Of a stretch of 64,000 bases of DNA, positions 40,783 through 50,666 are shown in pieces. The position numbers and the translations under genes were made by a program. Under the pieces are notes generated by a model, which saw only the letters and a list, made by a program, of their open reading frames with translations, was not told the origin of the DNA and did not search any database. The stretch's first letter is position 1, and every line of letters starts with the position of its first letter. Origin of the DNA: an uncultured delta proteobacterium (GTDB lineage Bacteria > Desulfobacterota > Syntrophorhabdia > Syntrophorhabdales > WCHB1-27); assembly GCA_963810935.1 (NCBI GenBank), contig CAWEPK010000016.1, positions 96,001 to 160,000 on the forward strand. The letters run 5' to 3'.

Positions 40783-41699
40783 GCGCAAGCAACCTCGAAA
40801 AAGTGCTGAAAGGCGGCAATTTTGCGGTCACCTCGGAGTGCGGTCCACCGAGGGGGGCGGACCCCGAACCCGTGCGCAAGAAGGGTGGCTACCTGAAGGG
40901 CTACGTGGACGCCGTCAACGTCACGGACAACCAGACGAGCGTTGTCAGGATGTCCAGCATCGGCGCCGCAGTCCTCCTGAAACAGATGGGTTTCGACCCC
41001 ATTATGCAGATGGTCTGCCGCGATCGCAACAGGATCGCGCTGCAAAGCGACATCCTCGGCGCCTCGGCCCTGGGTCTCGACAATGTCCTCTGCCTGTCCG
41101 GCGACCATCAGAAGTTCGGCGACCATCCTACGGCCAAAAATGTTTTTGACATAGACTCGATGCAGCTCATCGGGACTATAAAGGGATTGAGGGACGACGG
41201 AAGGTTCCTGGGCGGCGAAGAGGTGAAGGGGGGTAAGCCGGACATGTTCATAGGCTGCGCGGAGAACCCCTTTGCAGACCCGTTCGAGATCAGGGCGATG
41301 CGCCTTGCGAAGAAGGCTGCCTGCGGCGCCCAGTTCGTCCAGACCCAGTGCATCTTTAACGTGCCCAAGTTCGAGAAATGGATGGAGATGGTGCGCGACC
41401 TGGGTGTGCATGAAAAAATATATATCCTTGCCGGGATCACGCCGTGCAAGTCGATAGGCATGGCCCGCTACATGCAGAAGTCGGTGCCCGGCATGGACGT
41501 GCCCGAGGAATTGATAACCCGCCTCAAGGGCGTGCCCAAGGAGAAGGTGGTCGAGGAAGGGATTAAGATATGCATAGAGACGATCGAGCAGGTGCGGGCG
41601 ATCAAGGGGGTTGCAGGCGTCCACATAATGGCCATTGAATGGGAAGAAAAGGTCGCGGAGATCGTGCAGGCGGCCAAGCTTTACCCGCGCCCCTCGTGA
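40779..41699 (+). CDS. metF: Methylenetetrahydrofolate reductase MetF
   Basis: TSECGPP, NVTDNQ, CRDRNRIAL, LSGDH, FVQTQ. Confidence 0.95.
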   Translation: MSASNLEKVLKGGNFAVTSECGPPRGADPEPVRKKGGYLKGYVDAVNVTDNQTSVVRMSSIGAAVLLKQMGFDPIMQMVCRDRNRIALQSDILGASALGLDNVLCLSGDHQKFGDHPTAKNVFDIDSMQLIGTIKGLRDDGRFLGGEEVKGGKPDMFIGCAENPFADPFEIRAMRLAKKAACGAQFVQTQCIFNVPKFEKWMEMVRDLGVHEKIYILAGITPCKSIGMARYMQKSVPGMDVPEELITRLKGVPKEKVVEEGIKICIETIEQVRAIKGVAGVHIMAIEWEEKVAEIVQAAKLYPRPS

Positions 41700-41720
41700 G
41701 ATAAAAAAACTGTGAATAGT

Positions 41721-41760
41721 TAAGGCCCGTGAAGGCAAAAGCCTTCACGGGCCTTACTTT
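41721..41760. terminator. Terminator hairpin between convergent metF and the sigma54 activator
   Basis: TAAGGCCCGTGAAGGC-AAAA-GCCTTCACGGGCCTTA, perfect 16-bp stem. Confidence 0.8.
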
Positions 41761-41789
41761 AAGGTTAGATAGTTCTATGTGCGCGGCCT

Positions 41790-43367
41790 TCAGCCCCGTT
41801 TGCGGGCGCGGCCGAAGGGAATGCCGAGCTTCTGCATGCGGTACCGCAGGGTGGCCGGGTTCATGCCGAGTACCGAGGCCGCCCCGTTTTTCCCTTCGAT
41901 TTTTCCCCCGGTGGTCTCCATTACGTACCTGATGTGGCGTGCCTCCACGTCGTCCAGCCTGAGCCTGCCCGGCTCCTCGGCGCCGTTGCTCGCGACGTCG
42001 GCAAGGTGGGGTGCGCCTTCCGAAAAGGCAGGCGGCGTTTCTTTATCGCCGTGGCCTGCTATGTCATCGAACGTCAGTTGTTTGCCGTCGCACTGTATAA
42101 GTGCCCGCTCGACCACATTGGCCACCTCGCGGACGTTGCCCGGCCACTCGTATTTTATGAGACGGTCGATGGAGCCCGGCGCAAGGGCAGGCATGGAGTG
42201 GAAGCCGAGCTCCCGCGCCTTCTTCTCGATGAAATGCTCGACCAGGGCCGGTATGTCCCCTCTGCGCTCGCGCAGCGGCGGGATGCGGATAGGATAAACC
42301 CTCAGCCGGTAATATAGGTCGTCCCTGAAGGAGCCTTCCGCAACCAGTTTTTCGAGGCTTCTGTGGGTCGCGGAGAGGATACGTATGTCTACCTTTATGG
42401 GCTGCGACCCGCCCACGCGCTCGATCTCCTTCTCCTGAAGCACCCGCAGGAGCCTTACCTGGGCCGGGGGCGGCAACTCCCCCACCTCGTCTAAGAAGAT
42501 CGTGCCTTTGTCGGCCCGTTCGAAGCGGCCTCTCCTTTCGGTAAGGGCGCCCGTGAAGGCTCCTTTTTCATGGCCGAAAAGCTCGCTGTCGATGAGGGAT
42601 TCGGGGATGGCCCCGCAGTTTACCGTTATCATCGGCCCTGCGCTTCTTGGGGAAAGATTATGGATGGCGTTGGCTACGATCTCCTTGCCGGTCCCTGTCT
42701 CGCCCACGAGCAAGACCGGGCTGGACAGGGGCGCTACCCTGTATACCTGTTCCATCACATCTTTAAGACCGAAGTTGGTCCCTACAATTTGGGCGCCTAC
42801 GGTTCTCCGCAGCTCGTTATGCAGGTACCTGTTGTCGTCGGCCAGTTTTTCTTTCAGTTTCAGCAGCTCCAGGTACTGGCGGCTGTTGGCCAGGGCGATC
42901 CCCACGGGCTCGTTGACGATCGACCACAGGTCGCCGTGCTCCTCTGTGTACCTGCCTTTTCCGTCTGCCCGTACGATGAGGGAGCCGATGAATTTGCTCT
43001 GGATAATGAGGCGTGCGACTATGATCGAAGATTCAGGCCATTTTAGCTGTAAGCCGACCTCTTTGATTATGGAGTCCTGCAGGAAGTCGCTTTTGATGCG
43101 GACCCTTCTGAACTGCTGAACGTTCTCCAGCTCGTTCCTGACGAAAACGGGCATGGGCACGCCGTCGGAACCCGTAGAAAAACCTTTTTCGTCAGCCCGC
43201 GCGAAAATTTCAAGCACTCCCAACGACTGATTATATACAGTCAGAATCAACTCGTCGGCCGGCATTGCCTCCCGGATGAAGAGCAGACACCGCCACAGGG
43301 CTTCTCCTATATTAAGGCTTCCGCAGATACGAAAAATGAATTCGCGAAAGAAATCGTTCTTATTCAT
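41790..43367 (-). CDS. Sigma54-dependent enhancer-binding protein (GAF-like, AAA+, HTH; FhlA-like)
   Basis: GETGTGKE, ELFGHEKGAFTGA, FLDEVG, WPGNVRE, C-terminal HTH. Confidence 0.95.
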   Translation of the reverse strand: MNKNDFFREFIFRICGSLNIGEALWRCLLFIREAMPADELILTVYNQSLGVLEIFARADEKGFSTGSDGVPMPVFVRNELENVQQFRRVRIKSDFLQDSIIKEVGLQLKWPESSIIVARLIIQSKFIGSLIVRADGKGRYTEEHGDLWSIVNEPVGIALANSRQYLELLKLKEKLADDNRYLHNELRRTVGAQIVGTNFGLKDVMEQVYRVAPLSSPVLLVGETGTGKEIVANAIHNLSPRSAGPMITVNCGAIPESLIDSELFGHEKGAFTGALTERRGRFERADKGTIFLDEVGELPPPAQVRLLRVLQEKEIERVGGSQPIKVDIRILSATHRSLEKLVAEGSFRDDLYYRLRVYPIRIPPLRERRGDIPALVEHFIEKKARELGFHSMPALAPGSIDRLIKYEWPGNVREVANVVERALIQCDGKQLTFDDIAGHGDKETPPAFSEGAPHLADVASNGAEEPGRLRLDDVEARHIRYVMETTGGKIEGKNGAASVLGMNPATLRYRMQKLGIPFGRARKRG

Positions 43368-43567
43368 CGGCTTTCCCGATCACCGTAAATCGAGAATCCC
43401 CCCTGATTAACCGCTTACTGTACCGTTTTTAGGATGAGCAGTTGTGTTTTCTCACGTGCCCATTAATCTACAACATATCTTCTAATTATGATAGATAATT
43501 CTGCAATATTTAATAGTATCCCTTGTTTGCTTCCCTCCAGATCAAAGACGCCGGTAACTTCTATACT

Positions 43568-43584
43568 TTGGCACGTTTTATGCT
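43568..43584 (+). promoter_or_regulatory. Sigma54 (-24/-12) promoter of the acyl-CoA ligase/GNAT-hdr-mvh operon
   Basis: TTGGCACGTTTTATGCT, near consensus TGGCACG-N4-TTGC; divergent from the activator. Confidence 0.85.
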
Positions 43585-43596
43585 GCTTACTCATGG

Positions 43597-43881
43597 ATGC
43601 TGTGGATGGAGATGATCCGTCTAAGAACCACGCCGTCTCAACTGGATGGAGTTGCCCGCCTGATCTCCGATAACATCAGGCAGGCAACCGGAGAATCGGG
43701 ACTCCTCCGGGTCCGGATGTACCACAGCGCTGAGTATCAGACCGATCTGGCGCTCAGCTTTACCTGGGAGACCAATGTGATGCAGCAAAAGGGGAGCCGG
43801 GCGGGCTTGAGCATCAGCGAGGCGCTCAAGAACTTCGGGCTTGTAGAGCACTCGATATGGATGGAAAGAGAGCCGGCTTGA
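43597..43881 (+). CDS. Small hypothetical protein, first gene of the sigma54 operon
   Basis: 94-aa ORF filling the gap between the promoter and the ligase/GNAT gene; globular-looking sequence ending LKNFGLVEHSIWME. Confidence 0.65.
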   Translation: MLWMEMIRLRTTPSQLDGVARLISDNIRQATGESGLLRVRMYHSAEYQTDLALSFTWETNVMQQKGSRAGLSISEALKNFGLVEHSIWMEREPA

Positions 43882-43916
43882 GCAAAGGCCCTATCGCCGG
43901 TACATAGGGGAGCTGC

Positions 43917-46643
43917 ATGGGGGACATAAGAAAAATGTTCGAGCCGAAAACTATCGCGGTTTTCGGCGATATGGACGCGGATGGTTCTGTAGAAAAGATT
44001 CTGCTTGCCAACCTGCTTCTTTCCAACAGTCATAAGACCTTTTGGGTACACGCCGAAGAAAACGGCGGAGAACCCGCAAAGAAGGCGAAAAAAGGAACAA
44101 AACCTAAAACATTGGTGGTGAGCCCTACGGGCGAATCCATCTTCGACCTGAGTTCCTATCCCGAGGTGGCGGCCATACCGGAAAAGATAGACCTGGCCGT
44201 AATTGCAACCCCCGCGCCAGGCGTCCCTCAGATTGTTGAGGAATGCGGAAAAGCCGGGGTGGAGGGCATAGCTATCCTCTCGGGCGGCTTCAGGGAGGCG
44301 GGAGAGGAAGGGGCAAGGCTCGAGGAGGCCGTCAGCCGTATAGCCAGGGGCTACGGTATGCCGATACTGGGGCCGAACAGGGGCAGCATCATAAGGCCGA
44401 GCATAGGCCTCAATACGTCGATCTTCGACGTGCAGCCCGACGAGGGGAACATTGCGTTCATCTCGCAGAGCGCCTCTGTCGCCCGCGTAGTCCTTGACTG
44501 GGCGGCAAACGCCCACGTCGGCTTCAGCATGGTGATTTCGCTCGGCTCGATGGCCGACATAGACTTTGGCGACCTCATCGATTTTCTCGGCGAAGACCCT
44601 TTGACGCGCAGCATCATGATCTACATGGAGTCGATCGGCAACGCACGCAAGTTCATGAGCGCCGCGCGCAGTTTCGCTAGGAGCAAGCCGATCGTAGTAG
44701 TGAGATCGGGCCAGTTCAAAGAGAGCGCCCGTGCTTCTCATTCACACACCGGGTCCCTTGCGGGCTACGATAAGGCGTACGAGGTGGCCTTCAGGCGGGC
44801 CGGGGTCGTCCGGGTCCGGGAGATTATGGACCTCTTTAACGCGGCTGAGGTGCTCCATTCCAAAAACCTGCCCGGGGGGCCCTCCCTGGCAATAGTCACG
44901 AACGCCGGCGGCCTGGGTGTTATGGCTACAGACATACTCATCGGCTTCGGGGGCAAGTTGGCTCCGCTGTCGGATAAAAGCATAGACGACCTGGACCTCT
45001 TCCTGCCGCCGCACTGGAGCAGGAACAACCCCGTTGACCTTTTCGGGGACGCGGACATCGAAAGGTACACGAAGGCGGTCAACGTCTGTCTCGCGGACAG
45101 GTGCGTGGACGGCATTCTGATTATCTATGCCTCCAGCACGGCCGCCGACCCTAAGGACCTGGCCGTGGCTGTGGCGGAGATCGCCAAGCAGGCGACGAAG
45201 CCCGTGATCGTCACCTGGATGGGCGGTCCCAGCGTCGGGGAAGGAAAGAAGGCATTCAAGGATATACGGATACCTGTCTACGAAACGCCGGAAGAGGCCA
45301 TAAAGACGTACCTTTACATGTACCGGTATAAGCGGAACCTGGAGCTCCTGTACGAAACCCCGGCGGATTTGAGGGTAGACCAGGGACCGCCGAAGAACAA
45401 CTTGAAGGCGTTCATACGGCGCAGCCTCAAAGAAGGGAAAAGCGTCTTTACCGAGGCGGAGTCGAAGAACTTCCTGAACAGCTACGGGATCCCGAGCACC
45501 ACCCCGTTTATGGCGGACAGCGCCGGGATCGCCGCTAACTGGGCGGAGAGGGTGGGCTACCCCGTAGTCCTGAAAGTCGTCTCCTCCGATATCCTTCGCA
45601 GGAGCGAGGTGGGCGGCACCGTGGCGGTCTATGCGCCGAGCCTGCTGAGGTCCGAATACGAAGCGCTTCTGAAGAGGGTCGCGGAGAACCGCCCGGACGC
45701 CAAAATCGCGGGTGTGACCGTCGAAAAGATGGTCGAGAACATCGAAACGCAGATCGCTTTAGGGGCTGACAAGGATCACGATTTCGGGTGTATCATATAC
45801 TTCGGCACGGGTGGTATAGGTTCTGACGTGTACCGGGATATCTCGTTCGGGATACCGCCCCTCAACCAGACCCTCGCCAGGCTCCTCATGGAGGAGACTG
45901 AGGTGTACAGGGTATTGAAGGGACTTGGGTCCAAAAAGCCCGCTGACTTGCGCGAGATCGAGCAGATTATCGTCCGCTTCTCCGACCTCGTGATCGATTT
46001 CCCGGAGATATCACAAGTAAACATTAACCCGATAGTCATCTCGAACGGCAAGCCGCTTGTGGTTAACGCCCAGATCATACTGGAGACCGGGGAGGTCGGC
46101 CAGTATCCCCACGTAGTCATCACGCCTTACCCGACCCGTTACGTCAGCCAGTGGCACTTCGAGGACGGCAGGCAGGTTCTGCTGCGGCCCGTAAAGCCGG
46201 AGGACGAGCCGCTTGAGCACGACCTGCTCAGCTCCCTGTCGGAAGCTACGATGAGGGCGCGGTTCTTCTCGATAATCAAGGACATCTCCCACGAGATGCT
46301 GATCCGCTACTGCAACATCGATTACGACCGGGAAATGGCCATAGTAGCGGAGGTGCGCGAGAACGAGAAAAGAAAGATGATAGGCATAGCGAGGCTGATC
46401 GTAGACAGACAGTTCAAGTCCGGGGAGTTCGCCGTCCTCGTCCACGATGACTACCAGGGCAAAGGACTCGGCCTTAAGCTCGTCGACGTGCTTATAGGCA
46501 TTGCTGAAGATAAAGGGCTGGGCGGTATCTACGGTGAGATATTGACGGAAAACGAAAAGATGATCGCGGTATGCAGAAAGCTCGGATTTACCATCGAGAG
46601 GTCAGACGAGGAAGTGACCAGAGTCAACCTCGAGCTGCGATAA
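43917..46643 (+). CDS. Acyl-CoA synthetase (NDP-forming)-like/GNAT acetyltransferase fusion (Pat/PatZ-type)
   Basis: SGGFRE, ISQS, SHTGSLAG, TNAGGLG, NPVD, ATP-grasp GYPVVLKV and INP; C-terminal GNAT IDYDREMA, QGKGLG. Confidence 0.92.
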   Translation: MGDIRKMFEPKTIAVFGDMDADGSVEKILLANLLLSNSHKTFWVHAEENGGEPAKKAKKGTKPKTLVVSPTGESIFDLSSYPEVAAIPEKIDLAVIATPAPGVPQIVEECGKAGVEGIAILSGGFREAGEEGARLEEAVSRIARGYGMPILGPNRGSIIRPSIGLNTSIFDVQPDEGNIAFISQSASVARVVLDWAANAHVGFSMVISLGSMADIDFGDLIDFLGEDPLTRSIMIYMESIGNARKFMSAARSFARSKPIVVVRSGQFKESARASHSHTGSLAGYDKAYEVAFRRAGVVRVREIMDLFNAAEVLHSKNLPGGPSLAIVTNAGGLGVMATDILIGFGGKLAPLSDKSIDDLDLFLPPHWSRNNPVDLFGDADIERYTKAVNVCLADRCVDGILIIYASSTAADPKDLAVAVAEIAKQATKPVIVTWMGGPSVGEGKKAFKDIRIPVYETPEEAIKTYLYMYRYKRNLELLYETPADLRVDQGPPKNNLKAFIRRSLKEGKSVFTEAESKNFLNSYGIPSTTPFMADSAGIAANWAERVGYPVVLKVVSSDILRRSEVGGTVAVYAPSLLRSEYEALLKRVAENRPDAKIAGVTVEKMVENIETQIALGADKDHDFGCIIYFGTGGIGSDVYRDISFGIPPLNQTLARLLMEETEVYRVLKGLGSKKPADLREIEQIIVRFSDLVIDFPEISQVNINPIVISNGKPLVVNAQIILETGEVGQYPHVVITPYPTRYVSQWHFEDGRQVLLRPVKPEDEPLEHDLLSSLSEATMRARFFSIIKDISHEMLIRYCNIDYDREMAIVAEVRENEKRKMIGIARLIVDRQFKSGEFAVLVHDDYQGKGLGLKLVDVLIGIAEDKGLGGIYGEILTENEKMIAVCRKLGFTIERSDEEVTRVNLELR

Positions 46644-46700
46644 AGGTACGGTCAAACCGCGTCTTCGCGGATCAGTATTTATCATAAGGAGACCAGTGAG

Positions 46701-47351
46701 ATGAAGAGTCCTAGACCTGCACCGTATAGCCCTTCCGACTCCGGCGCCCGCCCCTCGCTTCTTTATGAAGTGAGGAAGGTGCTGAAGTACCAGTCGGAGC
46801 TGAACCCGGAGTTCGGCATTGACGTGGCCCGTAAGGCCCATGGGGAGAGCCTGCTGGGATGTATCCAGTGCGGTACGTGCTCGGGTACATGCCCGGTGAG
46901 CCATTACATGGACTATTCGCCGAGGAAGATCATCGCCATGGTCCGCTCAGGGTTCGAGGAAGAAGTCCTGACGAGCACTACCATCTGGCTTTGCGCCTCC
47001 TGCTACCAGTGCACTGTAGACTGCCCGAAGCAGATCAGGATCACGGACATCATGTATGCCCTTAAGCAGAAGGCGATTGCGCGCCACCTCTATCCGGCCA
47101 AGTTCCCGGTGCCCATCATGGCGGAGGAGTTCTACAAGAATGTTGCGAAGAACGGCAGGAACTCCGAAGGCACCCTCATGATAAACATGGCGCGGAGGAC
47201 GAGTATTTTCAATCTCTTCAAGTATACACGCCTCGGGATGAAGCTCTTCACGACGGGCAGGATGGCGCTTCGGGAAGAGGGCATCAAGAACAAGGAACAG
47301 CTCCGCGCGCTTCTGCGGGGCGTAGAAAAGGCTGAGGAGGAAGCGAGATGA
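46701..47351 (+). CDS. hdrC: Heterodisulfide reductase subunit C
   Basis: CIQCGTCSGTCP and CASCYQCTVDCP. Confidence 0.93.
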   Translation: MKSPRPAPYSPSDSGARPSLLYEVRKVLKYQSELNPEFGIDVARKAHGESLLGCIQCGTCSGTCPVSHYMDYSPRKIIAMVRSGFEEEVLTSTTIWLCASCYQCTVDCPKQIRITDIMYALKQKAIARHLYPAKFPVPIMAEEFYKNVAKNGRNSEGTLMINMARRTSIFNLFKYTRLGMKLFTTGRMALREEGIKNKEQLRALLRGVEKAEEEAR

Positions 47352-48229
47352 AATATCTCTATTACCCAGGCTGTTCCCTGAAGAGTACCGGAAAGCCTTA
47401 CGAGGAATCGTTGAAGGCGGTCTTCTCCGCGCTCGGCGTGCCGCTCGAAGAGCTCGACGACTGGAACTGTTGCGGCGCCACGGCTTACATGGCAGTGGAC
47501 GAGGTCAAGTCCTTCGCCCTCTCCGCGCGCAACCTGGCTCTCGCCGAGAAGCAGGGCGAGCCCGCAGATAACGGCCATGTCCAGCTCGTCGCCCCGTGTT
47601 CCGCCTGCTATGCCCTTTCCCTGAAGACGCAGCACTACCTTGATGAGAACCTGGACATCAGGAAGAAGGTCGACCGGGGCCTGCAGGAGGCCGGTCTCAC
47701 GTATGAAGGGAAGGTCGATGTGCGCCACCCCCTCGACGTTTTGATGAACGACATCGGGACGGACAAAATAAAGGAGGCGGTCAAATCGCCTGTCGGAAAC
47801 AATGTGGCATGTTATTACGGGTGCCAGATCGTCAGGCCCTATGCCACTTTCGACAACCAGGCAAACCCGACCAGCCTCGACGATATGATGAAGGCCATAG
47901 GGGCCACGCCCGTGCCCTGGGCGATGAAGACGCGCTGCTGCGGCGGGACGCTCGTGGGCACGATAAGGGACGTCGGCTTCCGCCTCAACTACCTTATTCT
48001 CAAAGAAGCGGAGAGGAGAGGGGCCGATACCGTCGCCACCACCTGCCCCTTGTGCCAGTTCGGCCTGGAGTGCTTCCAGCCCGACATGAACGCAAACTAC
48101 AGAGGCGGCGTGGACATGCCGGTGGTCTACTTTACCCAGTTGCTGGGCGTCGCCCTCGGCATTCCCGAGAACAAGCTGGGCATGCAACGGCTCTTCGTGC
48201 CGTACAAGAAGGCTCAAATAGGAGGTTAG
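47348..48229 (+). CDS. hdrB: Heterodisulfide reductase subunit B
   Basis: YYPGC..WNCCG..CSAC and YYGC..CCGG..CPLC. Confidence 0.94.
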   Translation: MKYLYYPGCSLKSTGKPYEESLKAVFSALGVPLEELDDWNCCGATAYMAVDEVKSFALSARNLALAEKQGEPADNGHVQLVAPCSACYALSLKTQHYLDENLDIRKKVDRGLQEAGLTYEGKVDVRHPLDVLMNDIGTDKIKEAVKSPVGNNVACYYGCQIVRPYATFDNQANPTSLDDMMKAIGATPVPWAMKTRCCGGTLVGTIRDVGFRLNYLILKEAERRGADTVATTCPLCQFGLECFQPDMNANYRGGVDMPVVYFTQLLGVALGIPENKLGMQRLFVPYKKAQIGG

Positions 48230-48232
48230 CCA

Positions 48233-50221
48233 ATGGCAGCGAATGGATTACCAAGAATTGGGGTCTATGTGTGCGAATGCGGCACGAACATCGCCGCCAC
48301 CGTAGACGGAGAGGCCCTGGCCGAATTTGCCTCCACCCTTCCGGGTGTGGCCGTTGCCAGGAAATACAAGTATATCTGCTCGGAGCCGGGGCAGCAGATG
48401 ATCCAGCAGGACATCAAGGATCAAAATATAGAAAGGGTTGTCGTCGCTTCCTGCTCGCCCAGGATGCACGAGTCGACGTTCCAGACGGCCCTTGAGAAAG
48501 CCGGGCTTAACCCGTTCTATTTCGCCATGGTCAACATCAGGGAGCACGTTTCCTGGGTCGTCAAGGACAAAGATATGGCGACGGCGAAGGCGAAGAGGCT
48601 CATCAGGGCCGCAGTATCGAGGGTGCTGCTCCAGCAGGAGCTTTTCTCCCGGAAGGACACCGTCACGCCCAAGGCCCTTGTGGTGGGCGGGGGCATCGCA
48701 GGCATCCAGGCGGCCCTTAACATCGCCGATGCCGGCTACCGGGTTTACCTGGTCGAGCGGAAACCTTCTATAGGGGGCCACATGGCCCAGCTCGACAAGA
48801 CGTTCCCGACACTAGACTGTAGTACCTGAATTCTCGGCCCCAAAATGATGGATGCCGGTCGGCATCCGAACATCACCCTTCTAACGAACAGTGAAGTTAC
48901 GAATGTATCGGGCTATGTGGGCAACTACAAAGTGACCGTGAAGAAGAAGCCGCGCTATATCAAAGAAGAGCTTTGCGTGGGCTGCCTCCAGTGCATCGAC
49001 GGATGCACCTATAAAGAGGCGAAGTTCGCCGACGAGTTTCAGATGGGCCTCGGCAAGCGCAAGCCTATATACCTGCCTTTCCCTCAGGCAACCCCGCAGG
49101 TCGTGCTCATCGACCCGGGCCGCTGCATCCAGTTAAAGACGGGCAAATGCAAGAAAACCTGCGCCACGGCCTGCGACAGGAATGCCATCGACTTCGAGCA
49201 AAAGGAAGAGACATTAGAGGTGGACGTCGGCGCCATCGTCATCGCTACGGGCTTCGAGATGTTCGATGCAGCGAGACTCCCGCAGTACGGCTACGGCATT
49301 TATCCTAACGTTTACACCGGCCTCGAAGTCGAGAGGCTCACGAGCGCCTCGGGGCCTACCGGCGGCGAGGTGGTCTTGCGGGACGGCACGCATCCGAAGA
49401 GCGTCGCCATCATACACTGCGTCGGCTCCCGCGACGAGAAGACGAACCGCTGGTGCTCCAGGGTCTGCTGCATGTATTCCCTGAAGCTTGCCCACATGGT
49501 GAAAGACCACACGGGCGCCGAGGTCTACAACTTCTATATCGACATGCGTACGCCTGGAAAGGGCTACGAAGAGTTTTACGACAAGCTGCTCGCCGAGGGC
49601 GTCCATTTCATACGCGGCCGCGTTGCCGAGGTGACCGACTGGGCAATCAGTCAGGAAGAAATCGGGAAGCTCGTTATCAGGGCGGAGGATACACTGATCG
49701 GCGTTGTAAGAAGGATACCTGTCGATATGGTCATCCTTTCCACAGGGCTTCAGCCGCAGGAAGACGCCGCGCAAGTGGCGTCCATGTTCACCATAAGCCG
49801 CTCCGCGGACGGGTTCTTCGCGGAGGCGCACCCGAAGCTGCGGCCGGTCGAAACGAACACGGAGGGGGTCTACCTTGCGGGTTGCGCCCAGGGGCCAAGG
49901 GACGTGCCTGACACTGTCGCCCATGCCGGGGCCGCGGCTTCTATGGCGGTCGCACTTCTCAACAGGGGGGAGGTGACTATATCGCCGACTGTGGCGTCGG
50001 TCGACGAGAAGCTGTGCAGCGCCTGCAAGACGTGTCTCTCTGTCTGTCCCTTCCAGGCGATTACCTTCGACGGTGAAAAGAAGCTGGCTAAGGTTAACAG
50101 CGCCCTGTGCAAGGGCTGCGGTACGTGCGTCGCTACCTGTCCTGCGGCGGCAATTTCAGACGCCCATTTCTCGGTCGAGCAGATCGTCGCACAGATAGAA
50201 GGGCTTCTCAAAACTGCTTAA
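48233..50221 (+). CDS. hdrA: Heterodisulfide reductase subunit A, selenoprotein (TGA 48827-48829 = Sec)
   Basis: Track ORFs 48233-48829 and 48845-50221 are in frame, joined by DKTFPTLDCST-U-ILGPKMM. TGA aligns with Cys in DCSMC-IMAPK of the paralog. Confidence 0.92.
48850..48867 (+). promoter_or_regulatory. Putative bacterial SECIS of hdrA
   Basis: GGATGCC-GGTC-GGCATCC perfect 7-bp stem with a G-first loop 27 nt after the UGA. Confidence 0.7.
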
Positions 50222-50233
50222 AGGAGCACGATG

Positions 50234-50665
50234 ATGATATTCGAACCAAGAATAATCGCCTTCCTCTGCAACTGGTGTACCTATACAGCAGCAGATGCCG
50301 CAGGCGTCGCCCGTCTGGAGCAGCCCGGAAACATAGACGCTATAAGAGTTATGTGTACGGGCAGGATAGAGCCCATGTTCGTAATGAAGGCATTTGCCGA
50401 AGGGGCGGACGGGGTTATTGTTTCCGGCTGCCACCCCCCGGGAGACTGCCATTACACGAACGGCAACTTCAAGACCTTCCGCCGCATGCCTCTCTTAGAG
50501 ACGCTCCTTTCCGAGTTCGGCATTGAGAAGGGGAGGTTCCACTGGGGCTGGATATCCGGCGCCGAGGCGCCCAAGTGGGCGCAGCTAGCCCGGACTTTCA
50601 CCGAACAGGTACGCGAGCTGGGGCCGCTTGACTGGAAAGCCCAGCTCGCGAGCAAGGAGGATTAG
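50234..50665 (+). CDS. mvhD: MvhD [2Fe-2S] subunit (Cys form)
   Basis: FLCNWCTYTAAD, MCTGR, SGCHPPGDCHY. Start is 50231 or 50234. Confidence 0.93.
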   Translation: MIFEPRIIAFLCNWCTYTAADAAGVARLEQPGNIDAIRVMCTGRIEPMFVMKAFAEGADGVIVSGCHPPGDCHYTNGNFKTFRRMPLLETLLSEFGIEKGRFHWGWISGAEAPKWAQLARTFTEQVRELGPLDWKAQLASKED

Positions 50666-50666
50666 C

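Noticed and set aside
48233..50221. hdrA as a split gene or pseudogene, and mvhD-1 as N-terminally truncated
   Set aside because: In-frame TGA at conserved Cys positions with SECIS-like hairpins is better explained by selenocysteine.
33415..50221. Methanogenesis or sulfate reduction inferred from hdr/mvh genes
   Set aside because: Genes are bacterial and THF-based; no mcr, mtr, dsr, apr or sat in the window.
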